This document shows, in pieces, positions 35,745-47,376 of a stretch of 64,000 nt of DNA (the stretch's first letter is position 1; the number at the start of each line of letters is the position of its first letter). The position numbers and the translations under genes were made by a program. The stretch lies in contig CM074806.1 of assembly GCA_037447605.1 (NCBI GenBank), positions 3,596,001-3,660,000 of the forward strand, written 5' to 3'. The DNA comes from Zygnema circumcarinatum SAG 698-1b (lineage: Eukaryota > Plantae > Zygnematophyceae). The notes below the pieces were generated by a model. It ran no database searches and was not told the DNA's origin. It saw only the letters and a program-made list of their open reading frames with translations.

Positions 35745-36509
35745 ATGACTGAAGGTTTGCATCGCTGGGGCTGCAGGGGGGAGGAGGCTCCTGTGTCGGT
35801 GCTTGTGCGGCAAATTCCAGGACAGGGGCTTTCGTTCCAGCTTTGGCCTGCGGCGACAGCCCTCAGCCAGTATTTGGAGAGGAATGAGCTAAGTCTGAAG
35901 CTGAGAGGTGCGAGAGTGGTGGAGCTTGGTGCAGGGACAGGGCTTGCGGGTACGGTAGCTGCCTGCTTGGGTGCGCAAACAGTGCTCACGGACTTGCCGC
36001 ATGTGCTACCAAATTTGGAGCACACAGTTGAGCTTAACAGGGTTGCGGTGGAACGTGGAGGGGGTGCTCTCTCGGCGAAGGTTCTGCGCTGGGGTATAGA
36101 TGAGGATGCGGCCAGTTTTAGTCAGCAGGTCGATATTATATTGGGAGCAGACATAGTCTACTATGACACACTCTTTCAGCCTCTTTTGCAGACTCTTCAA
36201 TGCCTGCTCCCTCGTCAGACGAATAGCACAAGCACGTTGCATGTAACGGGAATGGCCAGGCAGGGTGAAAATGATAATTTAACTGAAATGCTGGAGGACG
36301 TCAATGTCTGTGATACAAGAACTGCACAGTCGATGCAAGTTGACTCTCCGGTGGTGCTTCTTGCCCATCTTCGCCGCTGGAAAAAGGATAGTAAGTTCTT
36401 TAGGGCAGTAGCTCGTGATTTTTCTGTCTCTCTTGTACATCAGGATGATCCAGAAAACGGTGCTCGGAAAGGAGTCGAGGTCTATCGCCTCATCCGAAGG
36501 TCCCGGTGA
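35745..36509 (+). CDS. METTL21-like (family 16) protein-lysine methyltransferase, single exon
   Basis: 254-aa ORF with SFQLWPAA, VVELGAGTGLAG (SAM motif I), VLTDLPHVLPNL, LRWG, DIILGADIVYY and LAHLRRWKKD. Confidence 0.87.
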   Translation: MTEGLHRWGCRGEEAPVSVLVRQIPGQGLSFQLWPAATALSQYLERNELSLKLRGARVVELGAGTGLAGTVAACLGAQTVLTDLPHVLPNLEHTVELNRVAVERGGGALSAKVLRWGIDEDAASFSQQVDIILGADIVYYDTLFQPLLQTLQCLLPRQTNSTSTLHVTGMARQGENDNLTEMLEDVNVCDTRTAQSMQVDSPVVLLAHLRRWKKDSKFFRAVARDFSVSLVHQDDPENGARKGVEVYRLIRRSR

Positions 36510-37424
36510 GAGCAGAGTTTTAGCTGTCTTTGGATCCTCGTCACCCACAATTTGTTGTCCACAGGTTCTCCTGTGCAATTGTTTTATCCATTTAATGTAC
36601 ATTAACCGGACAGGTCATTCCTTGCCCTTTCAGGCCTTCCCATCAGCTCGCTGTTGCTGCTGATCTTCAGTCTCAGTCCACCAGTCCAAGGCTGTGTGTA
36701 GCTCTGGCGTTTCGTAACGCGAAGCGCTGCTTTTCCCTTTCGTTAAAGCGGCCTTTTCGAAGGTTTTGCCTGTTTCCTTTCTTCACAATTTTCGCTTAAC
36801 ATTGTCGGTTCGTGTTTTATAGTATTACATATATTCAAAGTTGAGAAGGTTTTTTTCCTTCTGCAGCTTCCTCTTGCTGGTGACTGAGGTCACCATCTGG
36901 CACACTGCAAAGCTTCTAGCAGTTTGTCTTTTATTTCAGGCCTGCAGTGATCGTTTAGTTGAAGTGTCTATTAGACTTAGTCACATTAAAAATCAAGCAC
37001 CACTGTACGACGATCAGTTGAAGCACCGGCAATACCTGCTTTCTGTTCAATTTTTTAATGCTTCCGTGTAAGTCATCACGACACTATTGTAGTTGATCAC
37101 GTGACTGCCAATTTGTTTGTTGGCCTTTTGCTGACGCACGTGCACATGGGGACCAATGGAGCATTGCAGCCCAACCAGATGCAGTTGAGAGAAAACAGTA
37201 TATGAGAGACATCGCTCTTTTCAAGGTCTGTGCTTCGTCAAGAGTAAAGGAGAGAGCACGATAGTACAAGAGTAAAGTCGAAACTGTTTCGAATAAATAG
37301 GAGAAGCACAGCAATACCTAGGTATGTACACCGACTGTCCATACAAGCACCCTGCATCGCTTCCGTGCGTGCTAGACTGATGACTTACATATCTTACATC
37401 CTATTGTCATGCATATCGGAGTCA

Positions 37425-40400
37425 TCAGATTGTCAGGTCGTTGGGAAGGTCCTGCTGAATCGTCCCCATCACATCATTGCCTCCCACGCCGGAAAAGCCC
37501 TCGAGAGGAGTAATGGAGCCATCTTTGTCCACCGCGATGGGGTACGGCAGCAGGGTAGGGAGGTCTGTGGCGTTCTCATCCGCATACCCCTTTAAGGAGG
37601 CCTCTGCAAGACCGTTCATTTTGCGCATGCACTCGAGGGTGGCAGGGTTTGAGAAAGCAGGGTCCAGTCGTCCTTCGAAGTGACCCAGGTGCTCCGCCCA
37701 AAGTGACATGCGATATCCGTACACCTGAAAGAGCGGTGCGACTTGTCAGCTGTTGTAACTTGTGAGCCTCAAAAAAATCAGGTAACGAGCAGGTTGGAAG
37801 AGAAAAAGTTATAGAAGAAATTGACAGGCACGATCTCCTCTGAGATTTCAAAGATCAACACCAGAGAGAGACACACACCTCGCCATGGGGATGACGCTTC
37901 TTGTGTGCGAATGTATGGGAGGGTTGGAATGCTCCCATGGCTATTTCCGTATCACGTTCTCCATCCATCGCTCGTTGGTTGATGTTTGCCGAGCCAATGA
38001 TCAGATACTCATCGTCCACCACGAGCAGCTTAGAATGCACATGAATCATTCGCATTCGTGCAGCCGCAGACTGACCACCAAAGGTCACAGCCCACATGCA
38101 GAGCAAAGGCGTTGGATGTCATTAGAACATGACCTATGTCTGAAATTAGGGGTAGGCCATATCAACACCAAAAAGTCAGTCCCATATTTCTATCCGAGAG
38201 ACTGTCTTGTCCATGCAAAAATCGATTTGCAAAGCGTTGTTGTACGCCCCTTTTACAACGATAGTGCGAATGAAACGAGTAACACCTATTGCATTCCCTT
38301 GGGACTGTTTCGCCCTTTTCCATTTGTTAAGAGGAATATGTGAAAGACGATCTTACATCACGACAGGGACAGTTTTCTCACCTCAGGTGTGTCAACTGCA
38401 GATGGACCAGCCTCGTCGGGAAGCTTCCTGTCACGGCTTCCGAGGCAGAAGAAACTGAGGTAATCCCGTGGATGCGCACCTGTGTAGCCCATTTCTTGCA
38501 ACGCGGCGGCGATCACTCTGTACATCATGCGAATGGTTTGCGACTGCAAGGCCCTCTCAAACAAATTTTAATTGTTATGCTGGACTTACCTTCTGAAAGC
38601 GATGGCGCGCTGAAACTGTAACGTAATAGAATCTAGCCTAGTTCGTTCCCAAGCTTTTGCCCAGCTGTCTCCATGTTTTTGGATTTGATCGAAGCATTAA
38701 ATGGCAGGAAGAGGGATTGGCTTGGTTGGGCTAAGGTGGATAACTGGGGCTCTTTGCCTATACCTGCCAAAAGAGGATTGCCTGAGAGAGGGCAGAGCCC
38801 GGGTTGTCCTCCGGCCACATCGGTATGATGATATATGCTGCAAATCTTTCCCCCGCTCGGATTTTGCTTGCAATTTTGAGCGCTATTTCCATCGGAATCG
38901 GCTGATTGGCTCCTGCTCAGACCACCCACACCACCAATTCATTTCTTCCAATTTCTATAGCCAAGAGATCTTGCTATTCCATCGTTATTCATCCAATACC
39001 ATACTGCAGGACGGGACCAGCCTTTGGCATACCTGTCCTGCCTATCACTTTGAGCTAACATGAGTTCCGTGACGGACCTCCACAGTCTCACTTCGATCAA
39101 CCTTTCAAAGTCAACGACTTGAATGCCTCTAAATCCAACTGACCTGCTTCCTTATGGCTGTCCCATGCATAGGACGAGCCAAGGAAGTACTGATTCTCAA
39201 TGTACAAGAAGCTCTGTGCCCGCCGAATAGCACGAATATATGCCTCTTGAATGCTGCGTTCCACTGCCACGTCCTTGTCGATCTCCAGATGCTGCATAGA
39301 ACCATCACGCGAGGGATCAAATCACCAATACCCACTCTTGATATGAGTTGTGAAACGAAAATAATCATGATGTGAAGAGCTTCAGTTCTACGTTGGTGTT
39401 TAAAACCAAACGAAAAGTCCCCTATCCGAAGTCAACCAGAAACTGAATAAGGAATACCTGTAGATGCACATCAAATGGGTTTCTTGGAAAGCCCTTGACC
39501 GAACCGGAGTCTATGGAACGGAAGATCTGCAAGACCAGTGACAAACAATTCGATCACAGGAATTTGTCTGACAGCTACACCGCATTGAATGACATTCAAA
39601 GAGAAACCCGGGCCTTTAGAAGCACGTCGAGAGAGGAGTTATCTGATCTGACTATTTTCAGATTAAGATATGTTAGGGAAGCAAAGAGGCGAAAAAACCA
39701 AAGTGGGCGAATAGAGGGAAAGAGAGATTTGTAGGATNNNNNNNNNNGGTTTGCGACTGCAAGGCCCTCTCAAACAAATTTTAATTGTTATGCTGGACTT
39801 ACCTTCTGAAAGCGATGGCGCGCTGAAACTGTAACGTAATAGAATCTAGCCTAGTTCGTTCCCAAGCTTTTGCCCAGCTGTCTCCATGTTTTTGGATTTG
39901 ATCGAAGCATTAAATGGCAGGAAGAGGGATTGGCTTGGTTGGGCTAAGGTGGATAACTGGGGCTCTTTGCCTATACCTGCCAAAAGAGGATTGCCTGAGA
40001 GAGGGCAGAGCCCGGGTTGTCCTCCGGCCACATCGGTATGATGATATATGCTGCAAATCTTTCCCCCGCTCGGATTTTGCTTGCAATTTTGAGCGCTATT
40101 TCCATCGGAATCGGCTGATTGGCTCCTGCTCAGACCACCCACACCACCAATTCATTTCTTCCGATTTCTATAGCCAAGAAACCTTGCTATTCCATCGTTA
40201 TTCATCCAGACCAGCCGTTGGCATACTTGTCCTGCCTATCACTTTGAGCTAACATGAGTTCCATGACGGACCTCCACAGTCTCACTTCGATCAACCTTTC
40301 AACGTCAACGACTTGAATGCCTCTAGATTCAACTGACCTCCTTCCTTATGGCTGTCCCATGCATAGGACGAGCCAAGGAAGTACTGATTCTCAATGTACA

Positions 40401-43400
40401 AGAAGCTCTGTGCCCGCCGAATAGAACGAATATATGCCTCTTGAATGCTACGTTCCACTGCCACGTCCTTGTCGATCTCCAGATGCTGCATAGAACCATC
40501 ATGCGAGTGATCAAATCACCAATACCCACTCTTGATATGAGTTGTGAAACGAAGATTATCATGATCTGAAGAGCTTCAATTCTACATTGGCGTTTAAAAC
40601 CAAACGAAAAGCCCTCTATCCGAAGTCAACCAGAAACTGAATAAGGAATACCTGTAGATGCACATCAAATGGGTTTCTTGGAAAGCCCTTGACCAAACCG
40701 GAGTCTATGGGGAAGATTTGCAAGACCAGTGACAAACAATTCGATGACAGGAATCTGTCTGACAGCTACACCGCATTGAATGACATTCAAAGAGAAACCC
40801 GGGCCTTTAGAAGCACGTCGAGAGAGGAGTTATCTGATCTGACTATTTTCAGATTAAGATATGTTAGGGAAGCAAAGAGGCGAAAAAACCAAAGTGGGCG
40901 AATAGAGGGAAAGAGAGATTTGTAGGATACAGGGGTAGGAGGAAAAGAAAGCGCGCGAGAGAGGGAGGGGAAGAGATAAAGGCAGAGTGAGAGAGAGAGA
41001 GAGGGGCGGAGAGAAAGGACGCCAGGAGAAAAGGATGGAAGGCACTGTGCATACCTGCACGTGCCACGCATCAGGATCCATCTCCTTGCTGACAGCGAGT
41101 GGCGAGTCAAGGTTGTCATCCAGCGGCAACCCGGGATGCAGAATATTGGGGCTCGCATAGAGCGCCTTCAGGTCCGCCGGCCAGCGAGCAGCTTGAGCCC
41201 ACCGCTGCTCGAAGTTAGTCACCACGTCCCAAACTGGCGGGCCTTCCAGCCTTGCATGGAGGTCATGTCGGGGCTCCTTCGGCCTTTCTGTAGTTGCAGG
41301 CCCCTGCCGACGAGCAAAGCCGTGCAGCATCAGGCTTGCATCACATACTGTTCAAGCGGACTAGGAGGCTGGAACGGTTGAAAAGCATAAAAATGTCAAG
41401 ATAGGATTGAAACTCAAGGAGCTCGAGACTTTTGCGTAGCACGCTGACGACAGTCTTTCCTCTCCCGTTCCATCACTCCCGTTCTCACTCTTCCTTGGTT
41501 TATTTTCTTGACTCTCCACGTATGTGTGTGAGAATAGGAGAAGCACCTCGTCATTTGCATGTCGAGCAATCTCTGTTTCGGTTGTTTCAAGCGTCTGAGA
41601 CGAGTGCTGCTGCGTGTCAGGGCGCCCTTCCATCACATCTATCCCTCCCAAAAATACGACAAGGGGGCGCCGAGACTGGCCCTCACTTGGTTCGGCGTCA
41701 GCAATGAGGAACTTTTGATGGTGCGAATAGTGCGTCGCTGTTACCTGTGCTCCACAATTCCAAGTAGTACAAATGGCATGGCACTATTAATAAATAAAAA
41801 ACGATCTCGATTAAAATGCTAAACAGTGATCCTTCATCCCATCAAACTTCCAGAATTTGCCCCCAGCTGCGGGAAAGTACTAAGCCCGTGATCACCCCAA
41901 TTGAACCTAAAGCATGAATCGTGACATGATCAGATGTGAAATTAGTTTATATAACTGCAACAAATTTCTCAGATTCTCGCATGGTCGCTGAGGTTTGGCG
42001 TGCCCTACCTGCTGCGGAAACCATGAAGTGTGCACGATCCTAGGAGTGACGATGCAGCGGACTTTTGAACCGGCAAAGAAGCGCTGTGTATCCCCATCAT
42101 GAGTACCGGCGGAACCATCCTGCCAATCCTCACCGGTTCATCCACGATAACATTCCCATTCATCAGACACTTGATGTTTTCCGCTCTGAGAAATATGAAA
42201 AAAACTTACTGTCTTCTTGTCACAGCAATGCTCAGGTCAGTACATGGACATGGCTGGAGCATACCAAATGAGAAGCGGATGCAGTGCTTTGAGAGGTATC
42301 CTCCCAAGAAAGTATAAGCACACGAACTCCATCTGCGGCCTTTTTTTTCAGGAGTTCTCCAATAGCCAGAGCTCCCTTCTTTAACAACAGCGCCTTGTCG
42401 GGAATGAACCAGCCGGCTATGTAGATGACATGCATGGCTCCCTCCAGCGTTCTGCCCACTCTCCCAACTCCATTGTCAAGACGAGAAAGGTCACAAAGGG
42501 ATTCTATGACTAGAAATTCTAACAGGTCTGCATGTCTTTATCAATATTGCATGTCCAGAATGGATAGAAATCCGCGATGATCGATTTAGATTTTCCAATG
42601 TATCAGTGAATTTTTGTTCCTGCTTCGACAGCAAAGAGAGCTAGCTTGTCCATATTTGGCAAAAACAGGACGAAGATAAGGGCAGGAGACCTACGTATAA
42701 ACGTCCTCTAAACACGGGCGTGGCTCGAAAAGCTTCCCTCCCTCCAGCTCAATCACGGGCCTAAAGTGCGGCGCAAGGTGAGTATTGTGGTAAAGAGTCA
42801 CCCGACTACCTTTCCGCATAGGGAAGTAGGCATTTTGTACACCTAGAAAATCGCTTAATCCCACACCTTCCCCAAACCTCTCTTCCTTCACAGCAGCAGT
42901 GAACTTAACCGTCACTTTTATCTGTGAGGCTGTGTCCAACAACTTTCCTGATGGGCCATATAGATCGATCCATTCTGTGATTTCTTCTCCCTTGACAATT
43001 CTCTCCGCCGAAAGCCGGGCTTTTCCAAAGGGTGGTTTCGCCAACGCTCCGTCATCCTGAATGGAACATTGCTTCCTTCAACGAGCATCACAAAAATCGA
43101 CGTCTGAGACAGATATTTTCTACTCTCAAAAGGTACTTACAATTTTCTATTACAGTATTTGATTTTTTGACGATAAAAAGGAGCAATATGACGGTCTTGA
43201 GCTGATGATTTGAATGATCACCTGGACAGCAAATTCAAGTGACCCAGCTGTATGTGCTGTAGCAATAGTGAAGCGCTCCTCCCAGACAGGATTGTCGCTG
43301 TCGTGCACAACTCTGCCAAAGAAGTCACCACAACAGAGCTTCAATGCATAAGCTGGCCGGACTACGCACGTATTCTAAAAACTTGCAGTTCGGTAAGAAC

Positions 43401-45451
43401 TTAGCAGGCTGTGCCTCCTTCGCAGTTAGTGTTTGCTTTCGCAGAATGTTAGATATTACTCATCAGCTTTCTTATCAAACTTCTATATTTCAATTGTTTA
43501 CTTGTGTATTCCTTCTCTCACCATGTTCCTCTACTTCCTAGTTGCCAATGGAGTTTTGTTTAATGTTTTAATTTTAACATTCAACAAACGTCTGTCACAT
43601 CACTTGTGTGACAGACGCTTGTCACATTGTTTGCCCGCAAGAAATGTGACATTCGTGTACGGATAAATTCCATTCATTAGCCAGAACGATTAATTTCAAG
43701 ATCCAGTGCCAAGGTACAACTTCCGTGTATAAAGCCCAATATTTAACTGCAAATTTTAATGATTGTAGATTTTTGACGTGGTCAAATTAGAAGCGGCTTC
43801 ACCTTACCAATATACTCAGAATCCCTCCCATCTTCAACACAGCTCATGCCCTTCAACACTGAACAAAAAAGCAGCTTGTATGAGGTGTTGGATATAGAAT
43901 ATGGCTGGTATGAATTAAAAAAAGCGCAACTTACAATGTACGGGCGAGGCGAGCGACTCCCAAATGGATGGCAACGTAGGGGTTCTCGGTCAGCATCTGC
44001 GATTACTCCAATCAAAACATTCAAGGGCCGATGAGAATAGTAGGATCGCAAGCTGCTTATCCCTTGTAACTAAAAACGTCGTACAAGCTGGTACTTACAG
44101 CTGCAATCAGGTTATTCGGGCCACCTGCCGCTAAATCTTTTCCTGAATTCTGCTTAACGAAAAAAATATTTCTCAACCCGCACTTGGATGAGTTTCTGCT
44201 GATTTCAATATTGTCTAGAAGATGATCTTCATTCGATTACCAGGCCACTTGCCCTGGCACAACGACTCGTGTTCGAAGTCTTATTCTTGTGAAGTTAGTG
44301 ACTTAGTGAGGTTTTTGCAGATTGTATAGACTTTCGAACGACAACAAGACACTGCACAACCTTCACGCTTCGTCATGCTACATTGATGCAAAGAAACAGA
44401 ATCTTACGATCGTCGTGGTTGTCAACGCCCAAGAAGGGCTCCAAGAACACGAGTAGAGGTTGCAAATTTCAGAACGTTTACAAAAAAAAAAGAAGCAAAT
44501 TTACGATCTGAAACTCTACTTCCGACTTAGAAGGCTTACCATATGAGGCTTCTCACCATCCGGATACTCACTATCCCCTCCTCCGTTACAGGCAAAAAAT
44601 GTTTTCCAGTGAAGTTCGCACCAGCCAAAGCACTGCTTTGCCCGCCTGGTGAAGAGGTCGGAGGCTCGCAGATTGCAAGCTTCATGAACGACAATTTCTA
44701 TGGTTCCATGGAGAAGTACAGGTGGAAACTCAGGCGGCAGCCTTTGAGCTGCTGCGTCAGATGGCAAGGCAGCCTCAGAATCGTAAGCATTGCCAGACGG
44801 TCGAGAGGGACTGTCAAATACTCCTGAAATTTGATCCCCCTTGTATGCAGCGAGGACTGCTTCCTGGGAAACTCCAACCGCTTCAGACGCTGCCAATACA
44901 GCCGATGATGCATGGCCTGCCGCATCTGATGCAGACAAAACCGACGAAGTCGCTATTTTTTTCGCTTCTCTGTCGTCAATAAGTCTGTTGTCTGAGACTG
45001 CGTTATCCTCAGCACGATTATTTCTCAAATTTTCCAGATCCTGGCCTTCTTTGACCTCATCAAAATGTACCTTTTTCTGCAGATTGCCTCCTCCTTTCTT
45101 TCGTTTCTCGGGTGATAACGAATCACCCTGGTCATCTTCATGCCCTCCAAACCACTTAACACCTAACCAATCTACGAGTGAATGGTCATTATTACTATTT
45201 TCTGAAGAATGCGGTAATCCATCTTCGCTCCCGCGGCCAGCCATTCCTTCTCGCTCAACGTCTCCTGTGGCTGCCTCCTTTTCGTCCCCTCTCCTACGAC
45301 TTTCCAGACGACCTCTCACCACAGCTTCCACTTCTGCTGCACGCGCGGATTCCGTATCCAAGTGCGCCTCCAAATCAGCTTCAACTGCGCTGTCATCCAC
45401 ATGCTCCACCCTGCTCGTCTTCTTCCTATTGTTGCCCAGCCAAGACGCCAT
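37425..45451 (-). CDS. C2-domain phospholipase D (plant alpha/beta/delta class), divergent, with an N-terminal extension; interrupted by an assembly gap and a duplicated exon block
   Basis: The C2 domain includes [16 protein letters not shown] and DNPVWEERF. Other motifs are [31 protein letters not shown]1 [49 protein letters not shown]2 [24 protein letters not shown], and [13 protein letters not shown]...LPNDLTI*. Confidence 0.87.
38535..40928. repeat. Tandem near-identical duplication of a 1.2-kb block (38535-39737 and 39748-40928) containing three PLD exons
   Basis: The copies are 1203 and 1181 bp. They differ by a 19-bp and a 3-bp indel and about 25 substitutions (by eye), concentrated in the middle. 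Confidence 0.95.
39738..39747. other. Assembly gap (10 N)
   Basis: Run of n characters in the sequence. Confidence 1.
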
Positions 45452-45665
45452 CTCTGCTTCCGAATAGAATTTCTACCTTCAAAATAGAGCAATATTTTCC
45501 TCCATATTAATATGTATGCTTCATGGAAATAACCAATGAAGCCGCCATTGAGGATGCCGCCGCCGTCAAAAAACGGACCACCCGTTGCAAGCCGTGCGCC
45601 TGCACGAGAGAACCGTCCAAAAATCCGTCCAGGCTTACCCCCGGGTGTCAGCCAATCAGAGATCT

Positions 45666-45962
45666 CCACGTCGGACAAGTTGCTGACGTGACATTAACAA
45701 ATTGGCAGTCGCCGTGGTAGGCAACCCTCAACGGAAGCCCAAAAAGAGGCACGCGTTCCAGCCAGCAGCCTGCCACGTGGCAGACGTGCCAGCGCGACAG
45801 AACCGACACGTGTGAGGTGAATAAGTCATTAGCTCACAACAGAATGCAGCCAATAGGAGGCGACCACGACTTGCAACGTGGCGCCCATTGCTAGAAGAAA
45901 TCTAGCCTTCTTAAGACGTGGCATCTTCCAATCCCCTGCTGAGCTATTGGGTGCCACGTGTC
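45666..45962. promoter_or_regulatory. Dense G-box/ABRE cluster upstream of the PLD gene
   Basis: CACGTG at 45774, 45807 and 45955. ACGTGGC at 45876 and 45916. Further ACGT cores near 45668, 45686 and 45784. CCAAT boxes near 45652 and 45850. Confidence 0.5.
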
Positions 45963-46555
45963 AGCAAGTGTGCAGGGCCACCGACATTCGGAGATGTGAG
46001 CGGCGTATTTGTCGTTTGTGTGTTCGTACGTACGAGGCCTGTGTGAAATGAATTGGCATTGGTCTCACGATGGCGATGCCATGAATGGTACATGCACATC
46101 AACAACATGAAGAACCACGAAGAACCGACCGGTCGCAATGGAACTGAGGACGAAAGGAAAAGCTATGAGCTGAACTCTGAAATCTGATGAAAGGAGACTG
46201 GCATTGAAGTCACGATGGCGACGCCTTTAAATGTACATGGAAAAAAACATCAATGTGCAGAACAATATAAACTCTGCTTCTAGGCTCAACAACACGGCCT
46301 GGGAGGCTCTCCATTGCCAACAACCTAGCAGCAGGAAACAGCAGCAGCAGTAGTTCTGGGAGTTGCAACCGGCGAAAGCATAGGCGCGGCCGAATAGTTA
46401 GCTCCGTTCTGAGCCGATTCCGTCAGGCCAGACCAGACGGGAGAAGACTCCATAGGAGCTGCCACAACGGCGCCGCGTCACTCCCCTCGCTCTCCTCCCC
46501 ACACCCACTCTCCCCCCCCCCCCTCTTTCTCTCTCTCGTTGCGCCTGTGAGCAGC

Positions 46556-46647
46556 ATGGTGGCCTGGAAAGCGCACGCACTCGGAGCCCTATTGTTACTG
46601 CTGGCCCTTACAAGTCTTTGCAATGGCGTTGAAGGAGCGCGAGGGCT
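46556..46647 (+). CDS. Candidate first exon encoding a secretory signal peptide (MVAWKAHALGALLLLLALTSLCNGVEGARG); remainder of the gene unresolved
   Basis: The ATG follows a CT-rich leader like other genes in this window. It encodes a hydrophobic h-region, and the exon ends at a consensus GTAAGT donor at 46648. Confidence 0.4.
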
Positions 46648-46738
46648 GTAAGTGAAAAAGACAGAGGCAGCAGTGCTCGCAAAACCCCAACCGGACACCT
46701 CTCTGCTGGTTTCCCCTCGTGCGTGCTCCTTTTCGTTC

Positions 46739-47070
46739 ATGAATTTGATGGAGTTTCCCTTCATCGTCCCCTCCAAAAAGTTCCAGTTTCATGTCGACGG
46801 TCCATTTGCGGAGTTCCGCTACTGACAGGTTGTGGTTCTTTGCGGTGCGGAGGGCTGCAGGATGGCGTGTAAAGGTAGCCAGCCGTCTCACTACTTCCAC
46901 TACCACATGGTGAGCTTCGAGAAGGAGGGCATGGTGACCATGCAGGGCACCATGGACAGCTTTCTGAGCGAGGTATCTTGCCGGCCCATCAAACTCGACT
47001 TCTACATTTTCCTCCTGGAAGTGGACCGCTCTTCTTGCAACTGCCTTCTCAACATCGACCAAACATCTAT
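46739..47070 (+). pseudogene. Coding-like fragment with an in-frame TGA, unidentified product
   Basis: One frame reads MNLMEFPFIVPSKKFQFHVDGPFAEFRY*QVVVLCGAEGCRMACKGSQPSHYFHYHMVSFEKEGMVTMQGTMDSFLSEVSCRPIKLDFYIFLLEVDRSSCNCLLNIDQTSM. Codons end strongly in C/G. The TGA is at 46823-46825. Confidence 0.4.
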
Positions 47071-47322
47071 GAGAGAGGGGGATAACTATCTCTTCCTAAC
47101 GCCATATCCGCTAGGTTGGACTTCTACCCTGGCCCGACCCCCTTTCCCCGTCTCCCTCCCTCCCTCTTTCTCTCTCTATCTTCACCGTCTTTTAAAATTT
47201 CTGTCGCTACTCTCTGTCTCTCTCGCACACACTTTTGAATGTCACACGCATGCCCATCCCGCCGGGATCTCCAAATTCAAGTATTTGTCTAATGTGCGTT
47301 TTGATCAAACTCAAGGGCTAGT

Positions 47323-47376
47323 TCTCTAAAACCCGAAAAACCCTAAAAACCCTAAACACCCTAAAAACCCTAAAAA
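47323..47376. repeat. Interstitial telomere-like array, 9-bp unit CCCTAAAAA (TTTTTAGGG), about 6 degenerate copies
   Basis: Perfect CCCTAAAAA at 47341, 47359 and 47368, with variants CCCGAAAAA and CCCTAAACA in register. Confidence 0.8.

Noticed and set aside
43589-43617. 11-bp stem hairpin in a PLD intron as a Helitron 3' end or terminator
   Set aside because: No adjacent CTRR terminus or other element features were found.
46143-46200. Possible hammerhead ribozyme (CTGAGGA-CGAAA and CTGATGA motifs) in the direct repeats
   Set aside because: There is no stem II between the core motifs, no consistent stems I and III, and the core is not kept in the other repeat copies.
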